From Nitrospirota bacterium (GTDB lineage: Bacteria > Nitrospirota > Nitrospiria > Nitrospirales > Nitrospiraceae): 64,000 nucleotides of DNA. The DNA is taken from contig CAVPBK010000009.1 of the NCBI GenBank assembly GCA_963701855.1, forward strand, positions 352,001 to 416,000. The letters are read 5' to 3'. Position numbers and translations under genes: made by a program. The notes under the pieces are model-generated. The model made no database searches. It saw nothing but the letters and a program-made list of their open reading frames with translations, and had not been told where the DNA came from. Within the stretch, counting starts at the first letter, position 1, and every line of letters starts with the position of its first letter. Positions 1 through 9,326 of the stretch are shown here, one piece after another.

Positions 1-490
1 TGAGCACCACGCCAAACTCCCCGAGTGTATGGGCAAAGCTCAGCACTGCACCGGTCACGAGTCCCGCCGCCGACAGCGGAGCAATCAGACGGAAAAAGGT
101 CTTGAGCTTCGACACTCCAAGCGTCCAGGAGGCTTCGATCAACCGGCGATCGACTTGTTCAAAGGCTGCGGTAAATGGTTGCACGGCAAACGGAAGGCTG
201 TAGAGAATCGACGCGAGGAGTAGACCTTCGAAGGTAAACGGAAGCGGATGCCCGACCACGTCGGTGTAGAATCGACCGACCGGGCTGTGGGGACCGATCG
301 CGACTAGAATATAAAACCCCAGCACCGTCGGAGGCAACACGAGCGGGAGCGCGACCACTGACTCGACGATAAACTTCCAGCGCCACTTTGAAAAAGTGAG
401 CCAGTAGGCGATAGGCAGCCCGACGACCAGCAAGACACCGGCCGTCAGGCAAGCCAGTTTGAACGTGACCCAGATCGCCACCCAATTCAC
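1..490 (-). CDS. modB: Molybdate ABC transporter permease (3' end outside window)
   Basis: Not in the ORF track. Manual translation from GTG at 490 gives MNWVAIWVTFKLACLT..ALPLVLPPTVLGFYIL..SLPFAVQP..LIEASWTLG..SFAHTLGEFGVVL, the ModB motifs including the EAA-like loop. Confidence 0.93.
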   Translation of the reverse strand, partial: MNWVAIWVTFKLACLTAGVLLVVGLPIAYWLTFSKWRWKFIVESVVALPLVLPPTVLGFYILVAIGPHSPVGRFYTDVVGHPLPFTFEGLLLASILYSLPFAVQPFTAAFEQVDRRLIEASWTLGVSKLKTFFRLIAPLSAAGLVTGAVLSFAHTLGEFGVVL

Positions 491-567
491 AGTTCCGCCT
501 TTGTCACGGTCTGTCCTACCGAAACCGGCGCAATGGTAGGAAGCCGCGATCTGGAAGTCAACGCACG

Positions 568-771
568 CTACTTGCCGATCATGACTTCCGTGGCCTTCAC
601 GGCAACCAGCACAGAGTCATTGACCTTCAATCCCATGCTCTTGACCGACCCTTCCGTAATCGCCGCCACAAATTCAAGCGTGCCAACCTTCACCGTCACC
701 TCCGCCATGGCCTGTCCCTCAGTGATTTTGGTGACTGTGCCTTGGAACTGATTCCGCGCGCTAAGTTTCAT
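568..771 (-). CDS. Mop/TOBE-domain molybdate-binding protein (molbindin)
   Basis: MKLSARNQFQGTV..AAITEGSVKSMGLKVNDSVLVAVKATEVMI; AAGGAGG SD upstream of ATG 771. Confidence 0.92.
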   Translation of the reverse strand: MKLSARNQFQGTVTKITEGQAMAEVTVKVGTLEFVAAITEGSVKSMGLKVNDSVLVAVKATEVMIGK

Positions 772-838
772 GGTGCCCTCCTTAATAAAATGGCTGAATG
801 ATTCCAACCATCGGTTTCGAACAGCTTCCATTCAATCT

Positions 839-1423
839 CTACTTGGATTGATCGAAGCCGATCATGAATCCTTCCGGACCGGCGACCTCCAGCCGTATCA
901 CCCGACGATCTCCTCGCATCACGTCCGGCTTCAACCGAAAACGCACAATCTTTGCACGATCCTCTTCGCTCGATTGATAGACGGACGATGCCCGATATGC
1001 CTGTTCTAGTTCGCCCTGTAACGCGGCGACGTCCGAAACCATAAAATTGATTTGCACCCAGCCGGTCGGACGCGGCGTTCGCAAATCCTGCCGAACCACG
1101 ATTAAGACGCCTCGGTAACAATAGCCACGGAGACTGTCCACTTGGGGATGATCCAGGCTCTGGACAACCGGCGCGTGCAAAAAGGCTTCAAAGAATTGCT
1201 CGTGACGCTTGATATCGGACGTTTCAACCTGCACGCTTTCAAGTCCCTCATGTGAACGCGGGCCCTGAATCGCCGCTGTGCACGGTCGGTCTTGAGAAGC
1301 CGCGGCCTGAGGATGCTGAGTCTGCGGCACGTCTTGAGCCGACGCAGCCGTTACCCCAATCAGGAGCGCGCTCGCACTCATTAGATATGCAAGTCTGTGC
1401 ACACTTCTTCCTGCTACTTGCAT
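839..1423 (-). CDS. Exported hypothetical protein, possibly VOC/glyoxalase-like fold
   Basis: Signal-like ASA-Q; QINFMVSDV and GPEGFMIGF resemble VOC motifs. Start uncertain. Confidence 0.55.
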   Translation of the reverse strand: MQVAGRSVHRLAYLMSASALLIGVTAASAQDVPQTQHPQAAASQDRPCTAAIQGPRSHEGLESVQVETSDIKRHEQFFEAFLHAPVVQSLDHPQVDSLRGYCYRGVLIVVRQDLRTPRPTGWVQINFMVSDVAALQGELEQAYRASSVYQSSEEDRAKIVRFRLKPDVMRGDRRVIRLEVAGPEGFMIGFDQSK

Positions 1424-1743
1424 CGGAACTCGATTCCCCAGCGTCGTCCGCTGACTTCCCCTTCCGCTCCTCCCACGGTGGATATACTACTGTATCCCTC
1501 CACTTCCCCGTCTCTGAGAACTATGTAGCCAGAGGGACACTTTCTCTCTATGAGCTTCAACGCGTCCCTGCGATGTGGTGATCCCATTGGGCCGCCCCGG
1601 TCTTCCTTGAACAGGTAGGTCACTACGCCTGACTGCTCCGTTTCGTGGGTCAGCAGGACCGCTTGGGAACAGCCAACGCTGATGGCGAACGCGGCCAAGC
1701 CTATCACCTTCGTCCATTGCTTAACTAGGCAGCGTGAATCCAT
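1414..1743 (-). CDS. Small lipoprotein, unknown function
   Basis: Lipobox-like ISVGC after a hydrophobic stretch; overlaps both neighbours in the operon. Confidence 0.65.
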   Translation of the reverse strand: MDSRCLVKQWTKVIGLAAFAISVGCSQAVLLTHETEQSGVVTYLFKEDRGGPMGSPHRRDALKLIERKCPSGYIVLRDGEVEGYSSISTVGGAEGEVSGRRWGIEFRCK

Positions 1744-2527
1744 AGCGCTTCATGATCTCCTGTCCTTGGGGGCCTTTGATGAATTCAAGAAACTGTCTCG
1801 CGGCTTCTGGATTTTTGGACTGCTTCAAGATCACAACTCCCTGTTCCAGAGGCAAGTGTGCAATCGCCGGAATCTCCCAGTACTGCCCGGCGGCCTTCAT
1901 CGCTGGTGCTGTCGCCAAGGACAACGCAACGATTCCAATGTCGCAGGCGCCGGATTCAATGAATTGCGCCGTTTGCGAAATATTCTCCCCCAAAATGAGC
2001 TTGTCTTTGACCTGGTCATAGACCTTGAAGTATTCCATCGAGGCCACTGCCGCCCTGCCATAGGGAGCATGTTTGGGATTGGCGATGGCGATCTTCTTGA
2101 TCGTCGGTTCACGCAAAATCTCCAGCCCCTTGGAGAGATCGAGGTGCGAATCATTGCCGGTCCACAAAACAATCCGCCCGACGGCATAGGGATAGAGCGA
2201 TCCAGGCACGACTAGGCCGGCCTCTTCCAGTTTCTTGGGGTAGCCAATGTCGGCTGAAAAGTAGAGGTCAAACGGCGCGCCATTTTGAATTTGCGAGAAG
2301 AAATTGCCCGAGGATCCCAACGTGAGTTTCACATGCTCTCCGGTTTGCTGTTCGAACGTTGGGATCAACTCCTTGAATGCAAAGCTGAGATCGGAGGCAG
2401 CGGCTACCGTCAACTCTCCCGCCTGCCCTGACGGGGCCATGGAAAAGCCCATGATCATGAACAGGGCACACAGTACAGGCACTATGAGTACCCTCATTCT
2501 CCACATGTAACCCTCGTTGACTCCCAT
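1721..2527 (-). CDS. modA: Molybdate ABC transporter substrate-binding protein
   Basis: AAASDL, GSSGNF..QIQNGAPFDLYFSAD, IAIANPKHAPYG, GENISQT; signal peptide. Confidence 0.93.
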   Translation of the reverse strand: MGVNEGYMWRMRVLIVPVLCALFMIMGFSMAPSGQAGELTVAAASDLSFAFKELIPTFEQQTGEHVKLTLGSSGNFFSQIQNGAPFDLYFSADIGYPKKLEEAGLVVPGSLYPYAVGRIVLWTGNDSHLDLSKGLEILREPTIKKIAIANPKHAPYGRAAVASMEYFKVYDQVKDKLILGENISQTAQFIESGACDIGIVALSLATAPAMKAAGQYWEIPAIAHLPLEQGVVILKQSKNPEAARQFLEFIKGPQGQEIMKRYGFTLPS

Positions 2528-2571
2528 CTCAGTACCTCCTCGTTTCCACCGCCATTATCGGTCTTCATTTA

Positions 2572-3047
2572 TCAAACACTCAATGGCCCTCCAACCCCAA
2601 CGCTGCGAACCGGTCGCTTGGGCCGCAATTCCATGACATCCGGGCTTGAGAAACAAAGACGAACCAACTCAGGGTCAATTACGATATTCACTGTCTCCCA
2701 CGCTCATGGAAGACGATCCGATCGATCCAGCGATTCCACCGCTGTTTGCTCCGACGAAATATCCCAGCTTCTAAACAAACTGCCTCAGCAGCAATCGTGG
2801 CCACCACTCGTTGTTCAAGGAGAACACACCGCTCATCATCGATCGACCACTTCACACGCAAATCCATTCGCTCCAAGATTTTGATTCGGACACCGGCTCG
2901 GACAAGCCACATATGCTGAGATTGAATGACCCCCATTATCCGATTGATCCCGGTGCCTTCCGCACATGCATAGGCCATTTCGATCATGTGGTCTCTTTTC
3001 ACATTGCTACAGAAGTCTGGAACCCACCGCATTCCACCTTCCATCAT
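2572..3047 (-). pseudogene. Possible TOBE-like protein split by a frame change near 2690
   Basis: ORF 3047-2688 (..NRWIDRIV) stops; a shifted frame continues VNIVIDPELVRL to TGA 2572, resembling a TOBE last strand. Confidence 0.4.
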
Positions 3048-3064
3048 GGGTCAGCCCCATTGCG

Positions 3065-4852
3065 TTAGAAGAAGATTTGATACTGGACACGGATCATATT
3101 TTCAATCAGCGTCCCTGCATTGACATCTAATGGAACCTTACCGGATGGGAAGTTGGTACCGACAGCCGGCAACGGAGCGCTTCGGCCGATCGCGAACCCG
3201 CCTTGCCCCATGGCTATATTGCTATAGGTAAGCATGATCTGGTGGTCATAGGTTCCGCTCAGAAACCAGTTGAGAGACACGTCCACTTCCTTGATCAGAT
3301 CACTGGCTGAATGGGTATCAGGATCCCAGTAGGCGTACCGTGCCGCCACCTCCAATTGTCTCGGAATCAAATAGTAGCCTGATTGCACCGACCAGCCAGT
3401 TGAATTACCAAACTGCCCTGGAGCAAATGCGGTACAAGGCCCCCCTTGTACCGCCGTCTGTAAACATGGAAGCCCCTTCTCATGCCGGGTTATATTCCTG
3501 AACCAATATTCGGCTTGCAGGGAAAAGCCCCGATATTTGAAGACATAATCCAATGTTTCGGTGGAAAAGTCGACGACTCCCTGCCCAAGAATTCTCCCAT
3601 TTCCAGTTAGGGCCAGCGATCGCCTGAGATTTAGATTTGCCAGATCGATGCCGACAAAACTGTTATCCGTGCTGGTGTTAAGCCCGGGATTATAGGCATA
3701 GCCTCCCCCGATCACCATTTGAGGAGCCTCCGAGTAGGCAATATCACCTTCGCCATAGCCCGCCCGGCCCAAGATATTCCACTGCAACCGCGCCGTATAC
3801 ATGAGCTGGTTGATGCTGGTACGGACATTGGCGTTGAGATTCCGGTTATTCGCCGGGCAGCCTGCCGGAGAGGGAAACGGATTTCCTGAGGTTTGACCTC
3901 CCGGGCACCCCACCGTGGGCTCTTCGCTGCCGAATTGAGCAAACCGGTTCACGAGAGGACCTTCGCCATTGAAGACGCCGAAATAATAATTAACCGGGTA
4001 CACCTCTTCATCATTCATGATCGTGATGCCGACGTCTCGGCGGTTCAGCCCGTTGGCCGTAAACGCATCCATCGCAAGGGCGCGAGCGGCAAACTGCATC
4101 GCCGCCGTCGAATTAATCTGCGACCGATTGAAGTAAACCTTGTACTGGCCAAGTTGCACATTCAACCATGGGATATGAGTGCTCATCACGGTCGCATCAA
4201 GCATCGTCAAGGCGCCCGGAGCCTGCGCATTTTCTGCCGTCTCACCCGCGATTTGAAATAAGTATTTTAGTTCCGGGCTGAAGAGATGGCCCATGAAGTA
4301 GAGCCGCGCGGTCCTCAAATTGAACGTTGAGGCTTCATCGATAGTGCGATTGGCCCGGTAATCACCGAAGACGCCCAGCAGTTCCGGAAAATCTTTGGAG
4401 TCTCCTGTCGTACGCCAGGCATCATTTCTCGATCGCTGCGTATAGCGGGTTGCAAAGCGACCGCGGATTTTTAACAAGAAGGCGTTATCATTCATGGAAA
4501 AGTTGAAGCCACGATCATACCAGGCCTTAAAACTCGGCTGGAGCAAATAGGTTCGCTCCTGCGACGCTCTGACGACCGCATCGTATTCTTCCTGCGTGAT
4601 GGACCCCTGTTTGACAGCTCGCTCCAGGAGCAGTTTGGTCGCCGGATCCATACTCTCAACAAAGACATACTTCCCGTCCTTCTCCACCAATTTTCCCGCA
4701 TCAGCGGCGAGAGCCAGTTGTGGACCGAGCCATACCGCACAGGCCAAGCACAGAGCGAATCCAATATTCTTGTTCCACTGCGGGACAGCAATTGGAATGA
4801 CGGATAATATCCGAATGAACCTGAATGCCTTCCACCTGCCACGACCCTTCAT
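3065..4852 (-). CDS. OprO/OprP-like anion-selective outer-membrane porin (Mo arm)
   Basis: LLERAVKQGSITQEEY N-terminal segment, QLGQYKVYFNR, RRDVG, KYRGFSLQAEY, C-terminal QYQIFF barrel signal. Start uncertain. Confidence 0.8.
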   Translation of the reverse strand: MKGRGRWKAFRFIRILSVIPIAVPQWNKNIGFALCLACAVWLGPQLALAADAGKLVEKDGKYVFVESMDPATKLLLERAVKQGSITQEEYDAVVRASQERTYLLQPSFKAWYDRGFNFSMNDNAFLLKIRGRFATRYTQRSRNDAWRTTGDSKDFPELLGVFGDYRANRTIDEASTFNLRTARLYFMGHLFSPELKYLFQIAGETAENAQAPGALTMLDATVMSTHIPWLNVQLGQYKVYFNRSQINSTAAMQFAARALAMDAFTANGLNRRDVGITIMNDEEVYPVNYYFGVFNGEGPLVNRFAQFGSEEPTVGCPGGQTSGNPFPSPAGCPANNRNLNANVRTSINQLMYTARLQWNILGRAGYGEGDIAYSEAPQMVIGGGYAYNPGLNTSTDNSFVGIDLANLNLRRSLALTGNGRILGQGVVDFSTETLDYVFKYRGFSLQAEYWFRNITRHEKGLPCLQTAVQGGPCTAFAPGQFGNSTGWSVQSGYYLIPRQLEVAARYAYWDPDTHSASDLIKEVDVSLNWFLSGTYDHQIMLTYSNIAMGQGGFAIGRSAPLPAVGTNFPSGKVPLDVNAGTLIENMIRVQYQIFF

Positions 4853-4862
4853 AAATCCATCT

Positions 4863-5572
4863 CTACAAATATGCTCTGGAATCAAAAATGAATGCCGGGA
4901 AGAGACGCTGATTCGAATGGCTGCTTAGGGCGACGGGGCTGTTTTGAGAAACTTTCAGATAGTCGACGCCTCGCCAGTCGGTCTTAGGGTCATCCAGATA
5001 AAATCGACCCGGCTCGAAATATAGGAGGTAGGTCTTCGCAGGGGTCCAGGGCGTTGGATAGTTGTAATCGTAGGGATCGGATGTTCTGACCGGCTGCTGA
5101 ACATGAAAGTAATCGATGGTCAGATGGAGTAGTTGATCGTGCACCGCCACCCACCCGCCTGTGACATCGCGTCGGAACCGCGGGTTCATACCGGGAGCGA
5201 AGAGTTCGAAATAGACTCGTGCCTCAGGCCCCACCTTCTGCAGCGCATCGGCAAGTTGCGGAGCCAGTACCTGTAATTCGTCTTCGCGGAAGATCTTCTT
5301 CGGGGGAGTTTCTTCGGCATACCACCGAAGCGGCAGGCGCTGTTGCTCGCGCAGCGAAAAGCCGCGGAGTATTGCCGCCACCTGTTCGGTGTAATCTGAA
5401 CAGGATGCGTATAGCTGGCCGGCGTGATTTCCCGTTGCAGCATGACGGACAGCCGTTGGTCCTCATGCACCACCGTCGTCGTATAGGGAATCCGGGCACA
5501 TCCCAGACCAATCAACACGAGAACGGCAGCCAACAGAGTTGCTGGCTTTCTCATAACGTTCATCTGGGGCAT
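4863..5572 (-). pseudogene. Lipoprotein, paralog of 11832-12554, with a 1-nt frameshift near 5388
   Basis: LIGLGC lipobox ..YTHPVQITP in one frame continues EQVAAILRG..IFREDELQVLAPQLADAL..RVYF in another; the intact paralog reads NAHPATLTATEVGTLLRG. Confidence 0.75.
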
Positions 5573-5614
5573 GGTGAACCTCCTTCTAGTTTTCCTTACT
5601 CCATCATACATATA

Positions 5615-6481
5615 CTAATGACTGGTATAATTGACATATTGGGTAAAAAAATATTCCGGCTCGTCACTTGCTTGCCCAGGCAGTCCATAGCCCAATCCCT
5701 TTAGGATACTTTGGGCTTCTGGAGATTGGGAAAACGTCAGAAACTCTTCACAGAGCGGGCGATTGGGGCAGAACCGTTCCATTGCCAGAGAATGGGTGAT
5801 TGGACGGACAGCCTGCGCCGGTGCGACGGCTACGACGCGAACTCTCTCCCGTTTATCATAGGCGTCCGGCCCGAAGATGATGCCGACGTCCGCTTGTCCG
5901 TTGAGCAGGCGATCCAAGACACCGCGCGCATCCATTGCCACATCTAACCGTCCTTTCAGTGCCCCTGTGATCCCCAAGGCCTTGAAGAGTTCGCTCGTCT
6001 GCTGCCCGACCACAGTCAGCCCAGGATCTGCGACAGCTACTCGTAGCCGAGCATCCTGGGCAAGCGCCTCAAACGATGACGGCGCATCGACGAGCGATTC
6101 AGGCACGACCAACACTAAGGAGACAGTGGCATACGGCCGGCGCGTCTGTGGGAGCACATAATACTTCTGTTCCAAGCGAGTGATCAGCTCATCGCCGCCC
6201 GGTGCAATGATGTGGATGGGGCCCGAGCCGATGAAGTATTGTCCCGAGGAATGATTCTCCATCGCTGCGACCGTGCGACGCAGATCAAAATCTGAGTCGA
6301 AATAGAGACGTACCTTCACATCCGGGTGGGTCGTCTCAAATGCGCGACCCAAGGCTTCCAGGGGAATGGCCAAGCTGGGTGACCCCGCGATCACCAGCAG
6401 CTCGCTCGCTGAGGCTGAACCGATTCTTCCGGCTATCAGAGCAACGACGATCAACACGGTCATTTTTACGAAATTTTGCAT
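5615..6481 (-). CDS. Divergent ModA-like periplasmic binding protein
   Basis: Signal peptide; AGSPSL, RVAVADPGLTVVG, GQADVGIIFGPDA, C-terminal SPEAQSILKGLGY. Confidence 0.8.
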   Translation of the reverse strand: MQNFVKMTVLIVVALIAGRIGSASASELLVIAGSPSLAIPLEALGRAFETTHPDVKVRLYFDSDFDLRRTVAAMENHSSGQYFIGSGPIHIIAPGGDELITRLEQKYYVLPQTRRPYATVSLVLVVPESLVDAPSSFEALAQDARLRVAVADPGLTVVGQQTSELFKALGITGALKGRLDVAMDARGVLDRLLNGQADVGIIFGPDAYDKRERVRVVAVAPAQAVRPITHSLAMERFCPNRPLCEEFLTFSQSPEAQSILKGLGYGLPGQASDEPEYFFTQYVNYTSH

Positions 6482-6520
6482 GGATGTCCTGAGCACGAAC
6501 CTCTGTCACTCTCGGCTCAT

Positions 6521-7690
6521 CTACAATGTTTGCAGCTTGCCGGTGTCCCTCGTGTCGTAACCCCCGAGCGCCTTGATCTCTGCGCGAAACGAGCGGCTGA
6601 CGATAGTGTCAAACAGGTTGGCCAGCGTTGGATGGGACTTCAGATAGGCTTTGGGAACCACGAGGTCATATCGAGCGGCTTGAAGCGGCACAAAATCGAG
6701 GCCAAAGAGTTGTGCTGCAGACCGGATCCCAATCCCGACATCAGCTTGATGATTTGTGATGGTCCTAGCCACTTCGAAATGAGACGACACGGTTCTCTCG
6801 TACCCTCGTACTTGATTCGGATCGATCCTCGCCGCACGCAACCGCTGATCCAGCAACAGCCTGGCCCCAGCTCCCTCTTCTCGATTCACAAGTGTGATGT
6901 TAGGATCGGCTACATCGCTGACTGCACGGATAGACTTGGGATTACCTGCTCGAACGAGCAAGCCCTCTTCCCAGGTCGCAAACGTGACGACTTCATAGTT
7001 TGAACCTTTCAGCGCACGTCGGAGGAACGGCAGGTTTGATTCCCCGGTCGTCGGGTCAAAAAGATGCAGGCCTGCGACATGAACCTCGCCCTGCTGCAAA
7101 GCCCGAAGCGCCGCCGTGCTCCCCATTGTCCAGCCCACGATGGAGGTCTGATCCTTCCGCTGATGCAAATGCGCGCCGACGAGAAAGATCGCGGGATCAC
7201 AACCAGCGACAGAAATTTCCTGTTCAATCGCCTGACAATCGCGCGAGAGGTTTACTCGCACCATGGCACCCGATGCCTGACCATGGACATCCGTCGCGTA
7301 GCCATCGGCAGCCACCGTATACGAAAGCGCCTCACCCAATTCTGAGACGGGTCGCACGATCATACGGGTCCCTACCCTGGCCACCTTCACACGAATCGTC
7401 GAGATCTTCTCATCGCGCTGAGGGAAACCCCCGATCAGTTTCCCTTCAATGGCATCATGCGCCTCTGCAAGACTGAAGAGATCTTCCACGCGACAGCCCA
7501 ACACAGCAGCCATTCGAAGCGCCACTGCGGTGGTGGGTAAGTAGAGGTGAGATTCGATTGCCGAGACGGCCTGCCTGGTGATTCCGGATTTTCCGGCAAG
7601 TTCACCCTGTGAAAGACCTTGAGTGACTCGAATTCGTTTTAGATGATTCTGGAAATGGTCCGTAGATTCCGCTCGGTGAGCCTGTCCCAT
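6521..7690 (-). CDS. XRE-family HTH fused to a molybdate-binding PBP-like domain (transcriptional regulator)
   Basis: LSQGELAGKSGITRQAVSAIES..ALRMAAVLGCRVEDLF; C-terminal GSTAALRAL..HVAGLHL..VNREEGAGARLLLD..ADVGIG..LGGYD. Confidence 0.88.
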   Translation of the reverse strand: MGQAHRAESTDHFQNHLKRIRVTQGLSQGELAGKSGITRQAVSAIESHLYLPTTAVALRMAAVLGCRVEDLFSLAEAHDAIEGKLIGGFPQRDEKISTIRVKVARVGTRMIVRPVSELGEALSYTVAADGYATDVHGQASGAMVRVNLSRDCQAIEQEISVAGCDPAIFLVGAHLHQRKDQTSIVGWTMGSTAALRALQQGEVHVAGLHLFDPTTGESNLPFLRRALKGSNYEVVTFATWEEGLLVRAGNPKSIRAVSDVADPNITLVNREEGAGARLLLDQRLRAARIDPNQVRGYERTVSSHFEVARTITNHQADVGIGIRSAAQLFGLDFVPLQAARYDLVVPKAYLKSHPTLANLFDTIVSRSFRAEIKALGGYDTRDTGKLQTL

Positions 7691-7704
7691 AGTGATGCAA
7701 TGGA

Positions 7705-7722
7705 TAGCATGTATACTTGCTA
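7705..7722. promoter_or_regulatory. Palindromic operator candidate TAGCATGTATACTTGCTA
   Basis: 16/18 dyad symmetry, 15 nt upstream of the HTH-PBP start; half-site GCAAGTAT follows. Confidence 0.5.
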
Positions 7723-7843
7723 CTTTGCAAGTATGCGGTCAGTGATTATTTAAGTTCTCGTGCATTTCAGGATTGAGGTCACCGATTAAGATCTCTCTAT
7801 TTATGCAATTATAATAAGCGAAAGCAATGGATAAATTTTATTG

Positions 7844-7872
7844 TTGACAATATAGATTGACTTAGTTATAAT
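7844..7872 (+). promoter_or_regulatory. Sigma70 promoter driving the sulfur arm
   Basis: Exact TTGACA (7844-7849), 17-nt spacer, TATAAT (7867-7872) in an AT-rich divergent intergenic region. Confidence 0.85.
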
Positions 7873-7882
7873 ATTAAATCAT

Positions 7883-7909
7883 TAATCATGACCGGAATAA
7901 TAGGAATTA
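7883..7909 (+). promoter_or_regulatory. Possible Rrf2/CymR-type operator
   Basis: TAATCATGACCGGAATAATAGGAATTA just downstream of the -10; the ATAGGAATTA half resembles CymR boxes as I recall them. Confidence 0.4.
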
Positions 7910-8964
7910 AAATAGTGCTTACACTTATCCAGCGGTTTCACTATCAAAAGCTCTTCTTGAGCTCGCTTGTCGTCGTCCTCCTCCTGACAGCGACCACGGT
8001 TCCCTCTCCGTCCTCAGCACTGGATTGGGTGCCGACTGAGGAGGAGATCAAGAAGTATCGCAAGAGCTGGAATCCCCTGTCCCACGGCCCTGTTCTCCTC
8101 CAGGCAGTCGATGTACAACCGAAAGGGCAGCTTTCAATTCGAGAATTCCTTTTCTCACAAATCGGAGAGAGCAGCTTCGGCAATCACCTCAGCTTTGCGA
8201 CTGACAGCAAAAACGGCCCAGTTCATCTCTACCAGGTGTCGCCCTCCGTCAATGCTTCCTACGGACTGACCAATCATGTCGAATTAGGTGTCGCACTTTC
8301 GATGAATTCGTTCTGGGCCACCCAAAACGGACAGAGCACGAGTTCGACCGGCGTAGGCGACACCTCGCTCATCATGAAGTACCGGCCGATCATCCAGGAC
8401 CCTGAAAGCTGGCGCCCTTCCCTTACCCATTACACGCAAGTTGTACTACCCACCAGCCGTTGGGCCGATGCAGAGAAACCACCTGGGGGGTTCACGCCCC
8501 TCGGACGACTTCCCAGTACGCGATTTGGCGAATATGGGCTGACGCAAGGGCTTATGACGCGAAAGAACCTCGAGCCCATTCGCATCAGCGCAGCCGTGTT
8601 TTATACCTACGCCGCACCCGGAGAGAACGGCGGACAGAACACCTACACCGGCGACATAGTCAACACGCGCCTGATCTATGAGCACATACTCAATGACAAG
8701 AACGGGTTCGGGTACAACATCGAAGTCAGCACCTTGCACGGGCTTACCTGGCGGGCGGACGGACACGACATCAACGCAGGACAGAGAAACGGCTTTACGA
8801 TTATCGGTGTGGAGCCTGCGCTTCAATGGAACTTTTCTCAAAACTGGTTGGTCGCCGTCGGCTGTCTGTTTACTGTTGCAGGCCAGAATGCCACCAATTC
8901 CACCTATCCAAATCTGTCTGTCTTTTGGATGTGGGACAAGAGTGGAAAGATTACCATGCGATAG
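7888..8964 (+). CDS. Outer-membrane beta-barrel, MetA-pathway/SphA 'transporter'-like
   Basis: Signal peptide; SYGLTNHVELG, GVGDTSLIMKYR, amphipathic strands. True start probably downstream of 7888. Confidence 0.65.
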   Translation: MTGIIGIKIVLTLIQRFHYQKLFLSSLVVVLLLTATTVPSPSSALDWVPTEEEIKKYRKSWNPLSHGPVLLQAVDVQPKGQLSIREFLFSQIGESSFGNHLSFATDSKNGPVHLYQVSPSVNASYGLTNHVELGVALSMNSFWATQNGQSTSSTGVGDTSLIMKYRPIIQDPESWRPSLTHYTQVVLPTSRWADAEKPPGGFTPLGRLPSTRFGEYGLTQGLMTRKNLEPIRISAAVFYTYAAPGENGGQNTYTGDIVNTRLIYEHILNDKNGFGYNIEVSTLHGLTWRADGHDINAGQRNGFTIIGVEPALQWNFSQNWLVAVGCLFTVAGQNATNSTYPNLSVFWMWDKSGKITMR

Positions 8965-8996
8965 CCCGTCACACGAGAGCGAGCAGGACCGTCATC

Positions 8997-9179
8997 ATGG
9001 GAAGTACAGAGCAATCAGATCGGCAGGACCATCAAACAATCGAGCACGCGATTCGACTCGCACTCAGAGGCATCCGCTTTGGATCCGTTGAAATCATCGT
9101 TCACGATTCCAAAGTCGTGCAGATTGAGCGCAAGGAGAAGACACGTTTTGACGGCGAAGGTTCTCCGTCCACGCGCTGA
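8997..9179 (+). CDS. DUF2292/YezD family (OscA-like sulfur-starvation protein)
   Basis: IRLALRGIRFGSVEIIVHDSKVVQIERKEKTRF signature; lies upstream of sulfate genes. Confidence 0.88.
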   Translation: MGSTEQSDRQDHQTIEHAIRLALRGIRFGSVEIIVHDSKVVQIERKEKTRFDGEGSPSTR

Positions 9180-9228
9180 GGTCAGGATGATTCGTCACAG
9201 CTATTGTCGTTGCTAAAGGAGAACAACG

Positions 9229-9305
9229 GGCCGTCCAGATGACTGGAGGCCAAGACCGACTGTTTCAATCGTCAAATTGAGAACTGACCGGACCACCGGA
9301 GGTTC
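9229..9305 (+). ncRNA. Tandem cis-regulatory hairpin candidates
   Basis: GGCC-GT-CCAG-ATGA-CTGG-A-GGCC (9229-9251) and GAACT-GA-CCGG-ACCA-CCGG-A-GGTTC (9281-9305) share the same topology with covarying stems. Confidence 0.55.
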
Positions 9306-9326
9306 ACATGTCACGGAGGGAGCGAC

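Noticed and set aside
4925..4960. Possible second frameshift giving the lipoprotein a KFLKTAPSP stop
   Set aside because: The existing frame ends at 4863 without conflict; cannot be decided without homologs.
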